From the NCBI GenBank assembly GCA_038231435.1, contig JBBRLJ010000007.1:61139-125138 (forward strand): DNA of 64,000 nt. Reading direction: 5' to 3'. Of the stretch, positions 20,837 through 32,326 are shown piece after piece. Every line of letters begins with the position of its first letter. Within the stretch, counting starts at the first letter, position 1. This stretch comes from Planctomycetota bacterium (GTDB lineage Bacteria > Planctomycetota > UBA11346). Both the position numbers and the translations under genes were made by a program. Under the pieces are notes generated by a model. The model saw nothing but the letters and a program-made list of their open reading frames with translations. It was not told the DNA's origin and did no database searches.

Positions 20837-22039
20837 ATGAAGCCGAGCAGCAGCACCAAGGCAACGCCCACCAAACCGTCGACGAGCGGGATGCCGCCGA
20901 TGAGCGCGTCGCCGATCAACCAGCGCGTGCAGGCGGTGATGGATGGTCTGGTGGCCAGCGGCCGCGAACTCGGGCTGCAGGCCGCAGCGTACCACCACGG
21001 CGCTCTGGTGGTCGACGCCTGGGCCGGGGTCGCCGACGCGAAGACCGCGAGGCCGGTCGACGGCGACACGCTCTTCCCGGTGTTCTCGGTGACCAAGGGA
21101 ATCGCAGCGACCATCGCGAACATCCTGGCCGAGCGCGGCGTGATCGATCTCGACGCGCCGATCGCCCGCTACTGGCCGGCGTTCGCGGCGCGAGGCAAGC
21201 AGCACGTGACGCTACGTCAGGTGCTCGGCCACCGCGCGGGCGTCCCGCACATGCCCGACGGTCTGGTCGGCTCGCAGATCTGCGACTGGGAGGCGATGTG
21301 CGCGCGCATCGCCGAGGCCGAGCCGCTCTGGGAGCCCGGATCCACCATCTATTACCACGCCATGACCTACGGCTGGATTGTCGGCGAGGTCGCGCGGCTG
21401 GCCGATGGCCGTGATTTCGCGACTCTGCTGCGCGACGAGATCTGCGCGCCGCTCGGCATCGATTCGCTGTTCGTGGGCATCCCTGAGCGCGTCGCGACGC
21501 GCGTGGCGGTGCTCGAGGCGGCACGACCAGCACCGCCGTCAGCGGCAGCCGCGCCCGCAACCGCAACCGCAGCCGTGCCAGCGCCGCCGGACCCGGTGGC
21601 GGAGCGCTCGATCCCACCCTACGTCAGGCCGCTCGAGGACTGGATGAACCGCGCGGACATCCAACGCGCCTGCATCCCCGCGAGCAATGGCATCATGAGC
21701 GCCCGTGGCATCGCCAAGCATTACGCGGCGCTGATCGGCACGCTCGGGGTGCGCATCCTCTCGCCTGAAGCGCTCGATCGCGCCATCGCCCTGAATGCGC
21801 CCCCGGGACTCGGCGCCGCCCAGGTGACCAGCCGCTTCGGGCTCGGCTACGGGCTCTCCGGGCCGGAGAGCGAGCCTGGCCGCAGCTTCGGCCATGGTGG
21901 CTACGGCGGCGCCACCGGCTCGGCCGACCGCGGCTGCGGGCTCGCGATCGCGGTGACCAAGAACCGCATGTCCGACAGCCAGCAGCCGGGCAGCGTCGAG
22001 TTGATCACCCGCGAGATCCGCGCCGCGCTCGGGGTGTAA
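20837..22039 (+). CDS. Serine hydrolase, beta-lactamase/esterase family VIII fold
   Basis: FSVTK (SxxK), LGHRAG, YHAMTYG and FGHGGYGG motifs. Confidence 0.9.
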   Translation: MKPSSSTKATPTKPSTSGMPPMSASPINQRVQAVMDGLVASGRELGLQAAAYHHGALVVDAWAGVADAKTARPVDGDTLFPVFSVTKGIAATIANILAERGVIDLDAPIARYWPAFAARGKQHVTLRQVLGHRAGVPHMPDGLVGSQICDWEAMCARIAEAEPLWEPGSTIYYHAMTYGWIVGEVARLADGRDFATLLRDEICAPLGIDSLFVGIPERVATRVAVLEAARPAPPSAAAAPATATAAVPAPPDPVAERSIPPYVRPLEDWMNRADIQRACIPASNGIMSARGIAKHYAALIGTLGVRILSPEALDRAIALNAPPGLGAAQVTSRFGLGYGLSGPESEPGRSFGHGGYGGATGSADRGCGLAIAVTKNRMSDSQQPGSVELITREIRAALGV

Positions 22040-22056
22040 GGGGGAACGTCCCCGCC

Positions 22057-23478
22057 TCACTCCATGCGGCGCGCCAGCGAGCCGAGCACGCGCAGGCGGC
22101 CGTCATGGGCCTCGCGCCACTGCGCCGCGTTCAAGCGGATGAAGTGCTGGTAGCGCAGCTTCGCCGAGAACAGCGGGCCTGGCGAGATCGAGATGTGCGC
22201 GTCCAGCGCGGCGGCATAGAGGCGGCGCGCGTCGATGCGGTCGGGCAGCTCCACCCATAGCACGTAGCCGCCGGCCGGACGTGTGACGCGTGTGCCCTCC
22301 GGGAAATGCCGGGCCACCGCGTCGGCCATCGCCCCGCACTGCCGCCCATAGGTGGCGCGCGCGGTCTTGAGGAAGCGGTCATAGCCGCCGCGGGCGAGGA
22401 ATTCGCACATCACCGCCTGGGTCAGCGGCGAACACGACACCGAGTTGGTGAAATGCAGATGTTCGAGCGCCTCCTGGAACCTGCCGGCGGCGATCCAGCC
22501 GACGCGCATGCCGGGGGCGACGGTCTTGGAGAAGGACGACACCCACAGCACCAGGCCGCGGGTGTCGAACGCCTTCGCCGGCTTGGGGCGCGAGCCGTCG
22601 TGCGCGAGGTCGCCGAAAACGTCGTCCTCGATCAACGGGATGCCGCGTCCGCCCAGCATCTCGACCAGCTCGCGCTTGGCGTCCTCGCTCGACGAGCTGC
22701 CGAGCGGGTTGTTGAAATTGGGCATCGCCACCACCGCGGCGATGCGGTGCTCGTCGAGCGCCTCGCGCAGCGATGCGAGCGAGATGCCTTCGCGGGGATG
22801 GGTCGGGATTTCCACCACGCGCAGGCCGAGCGCGGCGATCGACTGCAGCAGGCCGTAATAGATCGGAGATTCGATGGCCACGGTGTCGCCAGCCTTGCAG
22901 GTCACGCGCAGGGCGAGGGTCAGCGCCTCGAGCGCGCCGCCGGTGATCGCCAACTCGTCGGGACCGATCGCGCAGCCAATCGCCAACGCGCGGCGCGCGA
23001 TCCGGCCGCGCAGGTCACGGCTGCCGGGCGGCGCGCCATACCGGTCGATGCCGGTGGCGCCGCGCCGCGCGAGCGCGGCGATGATGGCATTGATCTCGGC
23101 CGTGGGCAGGAAAGCAGGGTCCGGCATCGCCGGGCCAAACGGCGTCAGCTTGGGATCGGTAGAATCGCGCAGCACCATCAGCGCCAGCTGCCAGATGGCG
23201 ACCTCGGTCGGGCGCGGATGCGGTTTCGAGATCCCGGGTTCGGCGGCCTCTGGTGGTGCGGCGCGTGCGAAATGGCCTGACTGCGGGCGCGGATCCACCA
23301 GCCCTCGGCGTTCGAGCAGCCGATAGGCCGCGGCCACGGTGGTCAGGCTGGCGCCGTGCTGCCGGCACAGCTCGCGCACCGAGGGCATGCGCTCGCCGAC
23401 GGCGTAAGTGCCGGTGCGGATAGCGCTCTCGAGGCGCGCCGCGAGGCGCTCGTAGCGGGTGGCGGCCGGGCGATCCAT
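22057..23478 (-). CDS. MocR/GntR-family PLP-dependent transcriptional regulator
   Basis: GntR wHTH (GERMPSVRELC..SLTTVAAAYRLLE) plus aminotransferase domain (IEDDVF, SSFSKTVAPGMRVGW). Confidence 0.94.
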   Translation of the reverse strand: MDRPAATRYERLAARLESAIRTGTYAVGERMPSVRELCRQHGASLTTVAAAYRLLERRGLVDPRPQSGHFARAAPPEAAEPGISKPHPRPTEVAIWQLALMVLRDSTDPKLTPFGPAMPDPAFLPTAEINAIIAALARRGATGIDRYGAPPGSRDLRGRIARRALAIGCAIGPDELAITGGALEALTLALRVTCKAGDTVAIESPIYYGLLQSIAALGLRVVEIPTHPREGISLASLREALDEHRIAAVVAMPNFNNPLGSSSSEDAKRELVEMLGGRGIPLIEDDVFGDLAHDGSRPKPAKAFDTRGLVLWVSSFSKTVAPGMRVGWIAAGRFQEALEHLHFTNSVSCSPLTQAVMCEFLARGGYDRFLKTARATYGRQCGAMADAVARHFPEGTRVTRPAGGYVLWVELPDRIDARRLYAAALDAHISISPGPLFSAKLRYQHFIRLNAAQWREAHDGRLRVLGSLARRME

Positions 23479-23568
23479 CTGTATCGCATCGTCTGGCTCG
23501 AAACCCGACGATACAGTACAGTTCGACTGCCGTAGGACCGGTACAGCGCACACCGGGAAGCGTCTGTA
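23479..23568. promoter_or_regulatory. Candidate MocR operator (CTGTA/TACAG repeats)
   Basis: Inverted repeat CTGTATCG (23479-86) / CGATACAG (23509-16); further TACAG at 23517 and 23542, and CTGTA at 23564, in the divergent intergenic region. Confidence 0.55.
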
Positions 23569-23628
23569 GCCCGTGGATCCGCCGGTTCTGGGTCTGATGG
23601 GATCGGTGGCGCTGCCTACGCTTCCCAC

Positions 23629-24429
23629 ATGACTACCGTTGGACCCGGCACCACGACCTCAGGCGCCAAGAGCGCGAACCCCATCGACCTCTCCGGGTCG
23701 GTGGCGCTGATCACCGGCTCCAGCCAAGGCCTGGGCGCCGCGACCGCAGCGATGCTCCACCGCCATGGCGCATCAGTGATCATCAACTTCTGGGACGACG
23801 CGCGCGGGGCCAACCGCGCGTTGGCCAGCGAGGTGGTGGCGGGGTTGGGCGAGCGAGCGATCGCGCTGCCGGCGGACGTGCGCAAGCCCGTCGAGATCGA
23901 GGCCATGCTGGTGGCGGCGCAATCCCGCTTCGGTCGCCTGGACATGGTGGTGAACAACGCCGGCATCGTGCGCGATCGCACGCTCAAGAACATGTCCGGC
24001 GATGAGTGGCAGTCGGTGATCGACACCAACCTCACCGGCGTATTCAACATCTGCAAGGCGTGCGTGCCGCTGCTCTCCGACGGTGGCAGGATAGTCAATG
24101 TCTCTTCGATCTCGGCCGCGCTTGGTTTCTTCGGCCAGGCCAACTACGCGGCGGCGAAGGCCGGCATCCAGGGACTGACGCGGGTGCTCGCGCGCGAGCT
24201 GGCGAAGCGCTCCATCACCGTCAATGCGGTGGCTCCTGGTCTGGTGCTCACCGACATGGGCCAGACCATCCCCGCGACGGAACGCGAGCGCATGCTGGCG
24301 CAGATCCCGCTCGCGCGTTTCGGCGCGGCAGATGACATCGCCGGAGCGATCCTCTTCCTGTGCAGCGGCTTGGCGGGCTACGTCACCGGCCAGACCATCC
24401 ACGTCAACGGCGGCTGGCTGCCCACATGA
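23629..24429 (+). CDS. SDR oxidoreductase, 3-oxoacyl-ACP/acetoacetyl-CoA reductase (FabG/PhaB-like)
   Basis: [25 protein letters not shown] (YxxxK). Confidence 0.9.
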   Translation: MTTVGPGTTTSGAKSANPIDLSGSVALITGSSQGLGAATAAMLHRHGASVIINFWDDARGANRALASEVVAGLGERAIALPADVRKPVEIEAMLVAAQSRFGRLDMVVNNAGIVRDRTLKNMSGDEWQSVIDTNLTGVFNICKACVPLLSDGGRIVNVSSISAALGFFGQANYAAAKAGIQGLTRVLARELAKRSITVNAVAPGLVLTDMGQTIPATERERMLAQIPLARFGAADDIAGAILFLCSGLAGYVTGQTIHVNGGWLPT

Positions 24430-26143
24430 TCGCGCCGCCCATCGCCGCCATTCCCGTGACTGCTCGTGGCCAGGACGCGGCCGCCTCGGCCCAAGCAGGA
24501 ACGTCCGACGGGCGCGAGCCACGCCCGATCGATGCGAAGCGCTGCACGGCAGCCGAGGCGGTGGCGCTGATCCGCGACGGGCAAACCGTTGCGTGCGGCG
24601 GATTCGTCGGCGCGGGCCATCCAGAGGCGCTGTCGGTCGCGCTTGAGCGCCGCTTTCTCGCCGGCGAAGGTCCCGCCGGGCTGACGCTGATGTACGGCGC
24701 TGGCCAGGGGGATGGAGTCTCGCGCGGGCTCAACCACCTCGCGCACGCCGGGCTGCTCAAACGCGTGGTCGGCGGCCATTGGGGCCTGGCTCCGCGGCTC
24801 GGTCAGCTCGCGCTCGCTGGCGCGATCGAAGCCTACAACCTGCCCCAAGGCGTGATCTGCCAACTCTACCGCGACATCGCCGCGGGGCGTCCTGGCTGCG
24901 TCACCCATGTCGGACTCGACACCTGCGTCGATCCGCTGCACGGCGGCGGCAAGCTGAACGCGCGCACTACCGAAGAACTGGTCGAACGCATCCAGCTGGG
25001 CGGTGAGAGCTGGCTATGGTACCGCGCCTTCCCGGTGCACGTCGGCTTGATCCGCGCCGCGGCGGCCGATCCGTTCGGCAACCTGGTGATGGACGACGAG
25101 GCGATGATCGGTGACGTGCTGGCCATCGCCCAGGCCGCGCACAACAGCGGCGGCATCGTCATCGCCCAGGTGCGGCGCATCCTCGATGCTCCCGCCCGGC
25201 CGCACCATGTGCGCGTGCCGGGCATCCTGGTCGACCGCGTGGTGCTCGCCGAGGCGGCGGACCACCAAGTGACCTTCGGCGAGGACCGGAACGACAGCTA
25301 CTCGTCTCCTCAGCCGACCCCCGCGGCGAGTCCGGAACGGGGAACAGCAGGAGACGGAGCGATCCACTCGCTGCCAGGGCTCGGCTCGGAACCGATCGAT
25401 GAGCGCCGCATCATCGCCGCGCGCGCCTGCGACGAACTGCGCGCGGGCGCCATCGTCAACATCGGCATCGGCATCCCGGAAGGCATCGTGGGGGTTGCGG
25501 CCGCGCGTGGTCTGCTGCGCCGCGTCACCCTGACCATCGAGAGCGGGCCGATCGGCGGCATGCCGGCCGGCGGCCTGTCCTTCGGCGCGTCGGCGTACCC
25601 GCAGGCGATCATCGACCAGCCCGCGCAGTTCGACTTCTATGACGGCAGGGGGCTCGATTTCGCCGCGCTCGGCGCCGGGCAGATCGACGAGCTCGGCAAC
25701 GTCAACGTGTCGCGCTTCGGCGACCGCATCGCCGGGGTGGGCGGCTTCATCAACATCTCGCAGAACGCCAAGCGCCTGGTGTTCTGCGCGACCTTCACCG
25801 CCTCCGGTCTGGCGGTCGAGGTGCGCGAGGGCCGCCTGGCGATCCTCAGCGAGGGCCGCCACGCCAAGTTCCTGCGCCGGGTCGAGCACATCTCGTTCAG
25901 CGCCGCGCGCGCGCGCCGGCGCGGGCAGGAGGTGCTCTACGTCACCGAGCGCGCGGTGTTCCGCCTCGGCGACGCCGGGCTGGAGCTGATCGAGGTCGCC
26001 CAGGGGATCGACGTGCAACGCCAGGTGCTCGACCTGATGCCGTTCCGCCCTGCGATCGCGGGCGAGCTGAAGCCGATGCCGGGCAGCGCCTTCATGGCGC
26101 AACTGCTTCCGAATCCACATCCACACCCACAACCGGAACGCGC

Positions 26144-26147
<4 letters not shown>
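24426..26147 (+). CDS. Acyl-CoA:acetate/3-ketoacid CoA-transferase (YdiF/Pct type, fused alpha/beta)
   Basis: [16 protein letters not shown] (catalytic Glu), [29 protein letters not shown] overlap. Confidence 0.9.
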
Positions 26148-27301
<1,154 letters not shown>

Positions 27302-27420
27302 ACGGCGAGCCAGAGTCAGGGAAGCCCAGCCCGGCTTCAACCAGTTCCACTTTCACACATCGTCGTGACAATGGCAGCGCCACAGGCGCCTGCCCCAACC
27401 CCCACTGCCCGTTCCTTCGT

Positions 27421-27514
27421 GGGGGGCAGGCCGGAGGCCGATGTTGGGGGGACCGCGAAGCGGTCTCAGATGCCCTTTGGGGCATCTGCCGTCCGTAGGA
27501 AGTAGCCCCCCAAC
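27421..27514 (+). repeat. REP-like palindromic repeat (family A) with nested hairpins
   Basis: GGCCGGAGGCCGATGTTGGGGGG...CCCCCCAAC, matching the copies at 43270, 43440 and 61593. Confidence 0.7.
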
Positions 27515-27524
27515 CGAAAGTCAC

Positions 27525-28382
27525 ATGAAGTTCGGCGTCAACCTCCTGCTCTTCGACGATGCCCCGACACCCGCCGTGCTCGGTCAGTTCGGCCGCCTGC
27601 GCGATCTCGGCTTCGACGGCGTCGAGGTGCCGATCTTCGCGCCTGGCACCATCGACACCGAGCGCGTGCGCCGCCACGCCGAACGCCACGGCCTGGCGAT
27701 CACCGCCTCGGGCGCGCTGCCGCCAGGCGCGCGCTTCTACGGATCCGCCGCATCGCGGAAGCGGGCCGAGCGCTACCTGCTCGGCGCGATCCGCGTCTGC
27801 CAGGAGCTCGGCGCTGGGGTATTCTGCGGCCCGCTCTACAAGCCGGTCGGCGACACCGACGAGTCGCTGTCCCTGCCGGTACAGCGCCGCGAGACCGCGA
27901 AGGCGCTCGCGCACCCGGTCGCCGACGCCGAGAGCCGCGGCGTAGTGCTGGCCTTCGAGCCGCTCAATCGCTTCGAGACCAACTTCCTCAACACCGTCGA
28001 CGATGCGGTGGCCTTCGCCCGCGCCCTGGATTCGTCCGCGGCCGGGCTGCTCCTGGACACCTTCCACATGCACATCGAGGAGAAGGACACCGCGGCCGCG
28101 ATCGCGCGCGCGGGCCGCGCGCGCGCCATCGCCCACTTCCACGCCTGCGAAAACGATCGCGGCGCGGCCGGCAGCGGCCAGGTGCACTGGGCGCCAGTCG
28201 CCAAGGCGCTGCGCAGATCGGGGTACGATGGCTGGGTAGTGCTCGAGAGTTTCAGCCAGACCAACCAGATCATCCGCAAGGCGGTGTCGTGCTGGCGGCC
28301 GTTCTACGCCTCGCCCCTCGAGTTCTGCCGCGACGGTGTGCGCTTCATGCGCAAGCGTCTCGGCGCGGCCTCCCGGCGCTGA
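27525..28382 (+). CDS. Sugar phosphate isomerase/epimerase, D-psicose/D-tagatose 3-epimerase family
   Basis: GFDGVE, EPLNRFET, LDTFHMHIEE, HACENDRG, ESF metal-binding motifs. Confidence 0.88.
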   Translation: MKFGVNLLLFDDAPTPAVLGQFGRLRDLGFDGVEVPIFAPGTIDTERVRRHAERHGLAITASGALPPGARFYGSAASRKRAERYLLGAIRVCQELGAGVFCGPLYKPVGDTDESLSLPVQRRETAKALAHPVADAESRGVVLAFEPLNRFETNFLNTVDDAVAFARALDSSAAGLLLDTFHMHIEEKDTAAAIARAGRARAIAHFHACENDRGAAGSGQVHWAPVAKALRRSGYDGWVVLESFSQTNQIIRKAVSCWRPFYASPLEFCRDGVRFMRKRLGAASRR

Positions 28383-28456
28383 GAACGCTGCTGTCAGCAA
28401 GGCGGCAATCCGCCAAGCCACGATTGGCAGCCGCGCGCGCCGTGGGATGATGTGGC

Positions 28457-29773
28457 ATGTGGATGGCGGCCGAAGTGGTGGTGGTCGCGTGGATCCTCGG
28501 CGGGGGCTGGCTGGTGCTACGAGGCGGACCGTGCGATGGCCTGGCCAGGTTCGGCGGCTTCGTCATCACCTATCTCGTCGCCGCGCTCGCGGCGTGGCTG
28601 TGCGACGCGGGCCTCTCTGGCCTACGTGTCAATATGTGGCTGCGCGTAGGCGCGGCCATCGCGGTCGGGCTGATCGCCTCGGGCGCGGTCTGGGCGTGGT
28701 GGTTCCGCTCAGCGCGCGCGCCGGCGCCGCGGGTGCGGATGTGGCTGGAGACCCGAGCGCCGCGCTCCGTCCACCGTTTCGCGCTGGTATTGCTGGCGCT
28801 GGTGTGGCTGGCTGTGCATGCGGCGGCCTGGACCGTGGCGATCAACGTGGTCGCCGCCAGTTCGCCGGACCAGGCGGCCGCCATCCGTCGCCAGACGCTG
28901 ATCTCAGCGGTTCTCCTGAGCGACAGGCTCGGCGCGCGTCCCGCCGATCGCGCGTCGACGCTTGGAGTTATGCATGGAGAGGCGAGCGACTCGGCTGCGC
29001 AGCTGCGCGCGCTCGGCCGGCTGCGCGCCGGTTTCACCAGCGGCATCGACGGCGTGCTCGATGCCAGCGGCGCGGGGCGGGTGATGGATGCGATGGACGC
29101 GCTCCACGCGCTGATGCGCCTCGACGACGAGCAGCGCGGAGATCTGGCGCACACCATTCCCGAGCTCCAGCGCCTGTCCGATGATCCGCTGGTGCTCGCG
29201 ATCGTCGACGACGATCGCCTGATGGCGTTGGTGCGCGAGGCCGGCGGTGGCTCGCTGTCGGCGATCTACGCCCTGGGCGACGAACCGCGGGTCCAGGAGC
29301 TGGTCGAGGATCCGCGCATGCGCGACGCGATCGCGGCCATCGATCTGCTCGCGATCCGCGACCGCCTGCGCGCGCGCGAGCGCAGCGTGCTCGAGCCCAT
29401 GCGCTGGCAGCTCGCGACCATCGCCAGCTCGCTGGAATTCGACCATCGGCTGCGCGATCCCGCGGGCTGGATCGCGGCTGAATCGGCGGTGCTGGTGTGG
29501 CCGAGCGGCCGGCGCTTCGCCGTGGCGCGCGCCAGTGTCGCGGCGTCGACGGCCACGCGCGAGCTCAGGCTGCGCGGTCAAGCGGCTCCGTCGTGCTGGA
29601 TCGATGGCGTGGCAGTCCCCCCTGGGCGCGACGGCCAAGCGCGCACCGTCGCGCTGCCCGCACGGGGAGGCGAGCTGGTGCTGCTTTTCGACACCGGAGT
29701 CGACGCCGGAGTCGACTCCCGGGCGCCCTGCACCTGCGGTGTCGAGGTGGTCGCGTCCACGCCGGAGCGCTGA
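28457..29773 (+). CDS. Hypothetical membrane protein
   Basis: About 4 N-terminal hydrophobic helices, helical middle, beta-rich C-terminus; no recognised motif. Confidence 0.55.
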   Translation: MWMAAEVVVVAWILGGGWLVLRGGPCDGLARFGGFVITYLVAALAAWLCDAGLSGLRVNMWLRVGAAIAVGLIASGAVWAWWFRSARAPAPRVRMWLETRAPRSVHRFALVLLALVWLAVHAAAWTVAINVVAASSPDQAAAIRRQTLISAVLLSDRLGARPADRASTLGVMHGEASDSAAQLRALGRLRAGFTSGIDGVLDASGAGRVMDAMDALHALMRLDDEQRGDLAHTIPELQRLSDDPLVLAIVDDDRLMALVREAGGGSLSAIYALGDEPRVQELVEDPRMRDAIAAIDLLAIRDRLRARERSVLEPMRWQLATIASSLEFDHRLRDPAGWIAAESAVLVWPSGRRFAVARASVAASTATRELRLRGQAAPSCWIDGVAVPPGRDGQARTVALPARGGELVLLFDTGVDAGVDSRAPCTCGVEVVASTPER

Positions 29774-29778
29774 CGGGA

Positions 29779-32187
29779 TCAGAACGCGGCGGCTGAGCGA
29801 CCCCTGGCCCTGGGCCTGGGCCACAGCAGGTTGTAGAGGATGACCTCGCCCTGCTCGTTGGGCTCGCCATCGCCCACGGCGGACACTGCGTCGCGCAGCG
29901 TCTTGGTGGGATCGGGCTTACCGAGGAACTCGTTGAACACGGCGTTGCCGGTGGATTTCACCAGCAGCGCGAGCGCGCGCAGATCCTGCACCACCGTCAC
30001 GGTATAGCGGCCTGGAGCCGCCTTGGTGGTGACCAGCATGCCGCCGGCCTCGTCGGCCTTGGCGGTGAAGCCCGCGAGCAGGCGCTGGAGGATCGGCACC
30101 ACCAACGGCCGTGGGTAGCGCAGGTTGCCGGGCAGCACGCAGTAGAGCAGATGATCCTGGTTGATGTTCAGCGAGGCGACCTGCATCGGCATCCCCAGCT
30201 TGGAGAGCTCGGCCACCATCTGCTCCTGCTTGCCCTGGTTGCGGTTGATGACCGCGATCGCCTGTTCGAGGTACGCATCGATCTCGGCGTGCGCCACGCG
30301 CTCGACGCGCGCCAGTTCCTCGACCACCCGTGGCAGGAGCGGGAGCACGCGCGCCATCTGCAGCGAATCGCTGCCGTCCTCGACCTGGTCGAAGAGCTTG
30401 GCGATGGCCGCGGGCAGTGGCTTCGCCGCCGGCGCGGCGTCATCGAGCCACGAGAGGTGGTCGCCCTGTACGCGCTGCAGCAGCTGGAGGGGGCCGCGCA
30501 CGTCGCCGTACCAGATGGTGCGGTTCACCAGCTCGTGCTGGCTGTACGACAAGATGCCGGTGCGCGTGACGTAGGCATTCTCGTACACCAGCTTGGTGGG
30601 CTTGCCGGCGCGCGGCTCGGCGTGGAAGCGCGAGACGGTATCGATCCAGCGATCGTCATGGCCGACCTCGCGCATCAGGCGGTTGAAGAGCTCCTCGTTG
30701 CCATTGCCGGCCGCGGCGCGCGCCGCCAGGTGCTTCTCGAGGAAGCCGTCCGCTTGCTTGGGGAAGGCCACCAGTTCTGGCGCCACCACCATGCGCGCCT
30801 TGAGCGATTCCGCGTAGTCCGCGAGCGATGTGGCCTCGGCCCCGGCGGCGGCCGGCTCCGGTTGGCACGCTGAACTCAACATCCAGGGCACCTCTGCGTC
30901 GAGCTCGAGCGGCGGCTTGGCGTCGCGCCAGAAGGTGGCCATGGCGACCAGCAGGCCGCCCGGCAGGTCCTTCGCCTTGAGCTTCTGCGCGAGATTCGTA
31001 CCCCAGGCGGCGATCATCTCGGACTTCTTTGGCGGAGCCGCGCGGCCGCTGGCCGAGAGCATCAGGCGCTCGCCAGGCAGCGAGGCGGCCGCGGCACGGA
31101 CTTCGGCAAGCGGCAACGGCGACGAGGCGAACGTCTCGACGCCCGCGGCGGCGATCGCCAAACGTACCTTCACCTGCTCCGGACGGAGATCGATGCCCAG
31201 GGCGAGCCCGTCGATCCCCATCAGCGACGAGGCGATCGTCGGCACGAAGGTCTCGGCGCTGGCGGTCACCAGGCATTCAGCGTAGTCCAGCAACTGGTTG
31301 ACGTCGGCGATGCCCGCGCGCCAGCGCAGCTGAAAATTCAGGTTTCCCAGGGCATCGGGCGGAATCATGCGCAGGAATTGCGCGCGCCACTGCTTGATGG
31401 CCCCCGGCGGGATGGTGCCGAACTGCTTGGCCATCATGGCGATCATCGGCTTCACCGGCAGCGCGCTTGCCGCCACGCACAGATCCGACGCCGGCAGTCC
31501 AGCGATCAGCGGATCGTCCGACAGGTGCTTGGCGCCGCCGGCCACCGCTGAGGTGGCGGTGCGCATGCTGCCGAACAGGAACAGGGTGTCCTGCGAGCGA
31601 GCCGCGAAGCACTCACCCGGCAGGTCCTGGTTGGTGCCGGCGATGTGCCAGCCCTTCTGGGCGCCGATCGCGCAGGACTCGCAGCTGCGTGGACGCAGCG
31701 TGTTCATCAGCAGGGCGGCGAGCGACTCGTCGTGGCCGATCGGCAGCGACAGTACCCACGACCTGGGCAGATCATCGGCGTACCAGGTCACGGTCAGCGG
31801 ACGGTCGGCGGCGATGCCGAACCGCTCTGAGATCGCCGCAGGCGTCAGTGGGCCACCTACCGTCTGGTCGCCGAGCCAGGCGAGCAGCGGCTTGGGCTGA
31901 CCGAGATACTTGCGCATCGGCTTCGGCACGGCCTGCTCGGGGACGAAGCCCATCACCAGTCCGTCGATATGGTCGAGCAGCGTCGCGAGCTGCGAGAGAC
32001 GCACGTGCAGCACCGCGCCGACGGGCAGCACGGCTTCCGCAGCGCCCGCGGGCAGGGACACCGGCAGGTCGGCGAGCTTCGGCATCTGGACGTCCCCGGC
32101 GTCATCCGCCTCGGCAGCCTCGATCCTGGAGATGGGGATGAGGGTCGAGACCAGCAGCGCGGCGAGGACGAGGATGCGAGAGGTCAT
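29779..32187 (-). CDS. Large secreted hypothetical protein (802 aa)
   Basis: Signal peptide MTSRILVLAALLVSTLIPISRIEAA; strong coding bias. Confidence 0.75.
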   Translation of the reverse strand: MTSRILVLAALLVSTLIPISRIEAAEADDAGDVQMPKLADLPVSLPAGAAEAVLPVGAVLHVRLSQLATLLDHIDGLVMGFVPEQAVPKPMRKYLGQPKPLLAWLGDQTVGGPLTPAAISERFGIAADRPLTVTWYADDLPRSWVLSLPIGHDESLAALLMNTLRPRSCESCAIGAQKGWHIAGTNQDLPGECFAARSQDTLFLFGSMRTATSAVAGGAKHLSDDPLIAGLPASDLCVAASALPVKPMIAMMAKQFGTIPPGAIKQWRAQFLRMIPPDALGNLNFQLRWRAGIADVNQLLDYAECLVTASAETFVPTIASSLMGIDGLALGIDLRPEQVKVRLAIAAAGVETFASSPLPLAEVRAAAASLPGERLMLSASGRAAPPKKSEMIAAWGTNLAQKLKAKDLPGGLLVAMATFWRDAKPPLELDAEVPWMLSSACQPEPAAAGAEATSLADYAESLKARMVVAPELVAFPKQADGFLEKHLAARAAAGNGNEELFNRLMREVGHDDRWIDTVSRFHAEPRAGKPTKLVYENAYVTRTGILSYSQHELVNRTIWYGDVRGPLQLLQRVQGDHLSWLDDAAPAAKPLPAAIAKLFDQVEDGSDSLQMARVLPLLPRVVEELARVERVAHAEIDAYLEQAIAVINRNQGKQEQMVAELSKLGMPMQVASLNINQDHLLYCVLPGNLRYPRPLVVPILQRLLAGFTAKADEAGGMLVTTKAAPGRYTVTVVQDLRALALLVKSTGNAVFNEFLGKPDPTKTLRDAVSAVGDGEPNEQGEVILYNLLWPRPRARGRSAAAF

Positions 32188-32326
32188 GGTGCTTCCGAGG
32201 TGGGCCGGGGTTCTAGCAGGGGTGCGCGATTACGCCACTGCGAGGCCCGTTCCGGGCGCCTTGCCGCTGACGATGGTTGGCTTATAGCTCTCTCGCCTCG
32301 TCCGTACCGCAGCACTTGGAGCGGCC

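Noticed and set aside
20837..22039. Beta-lactam resistance gene
   Set aside because: No signal peptide; motifs fit cytoplasmic family VIII esterases or generic serine hydrolases
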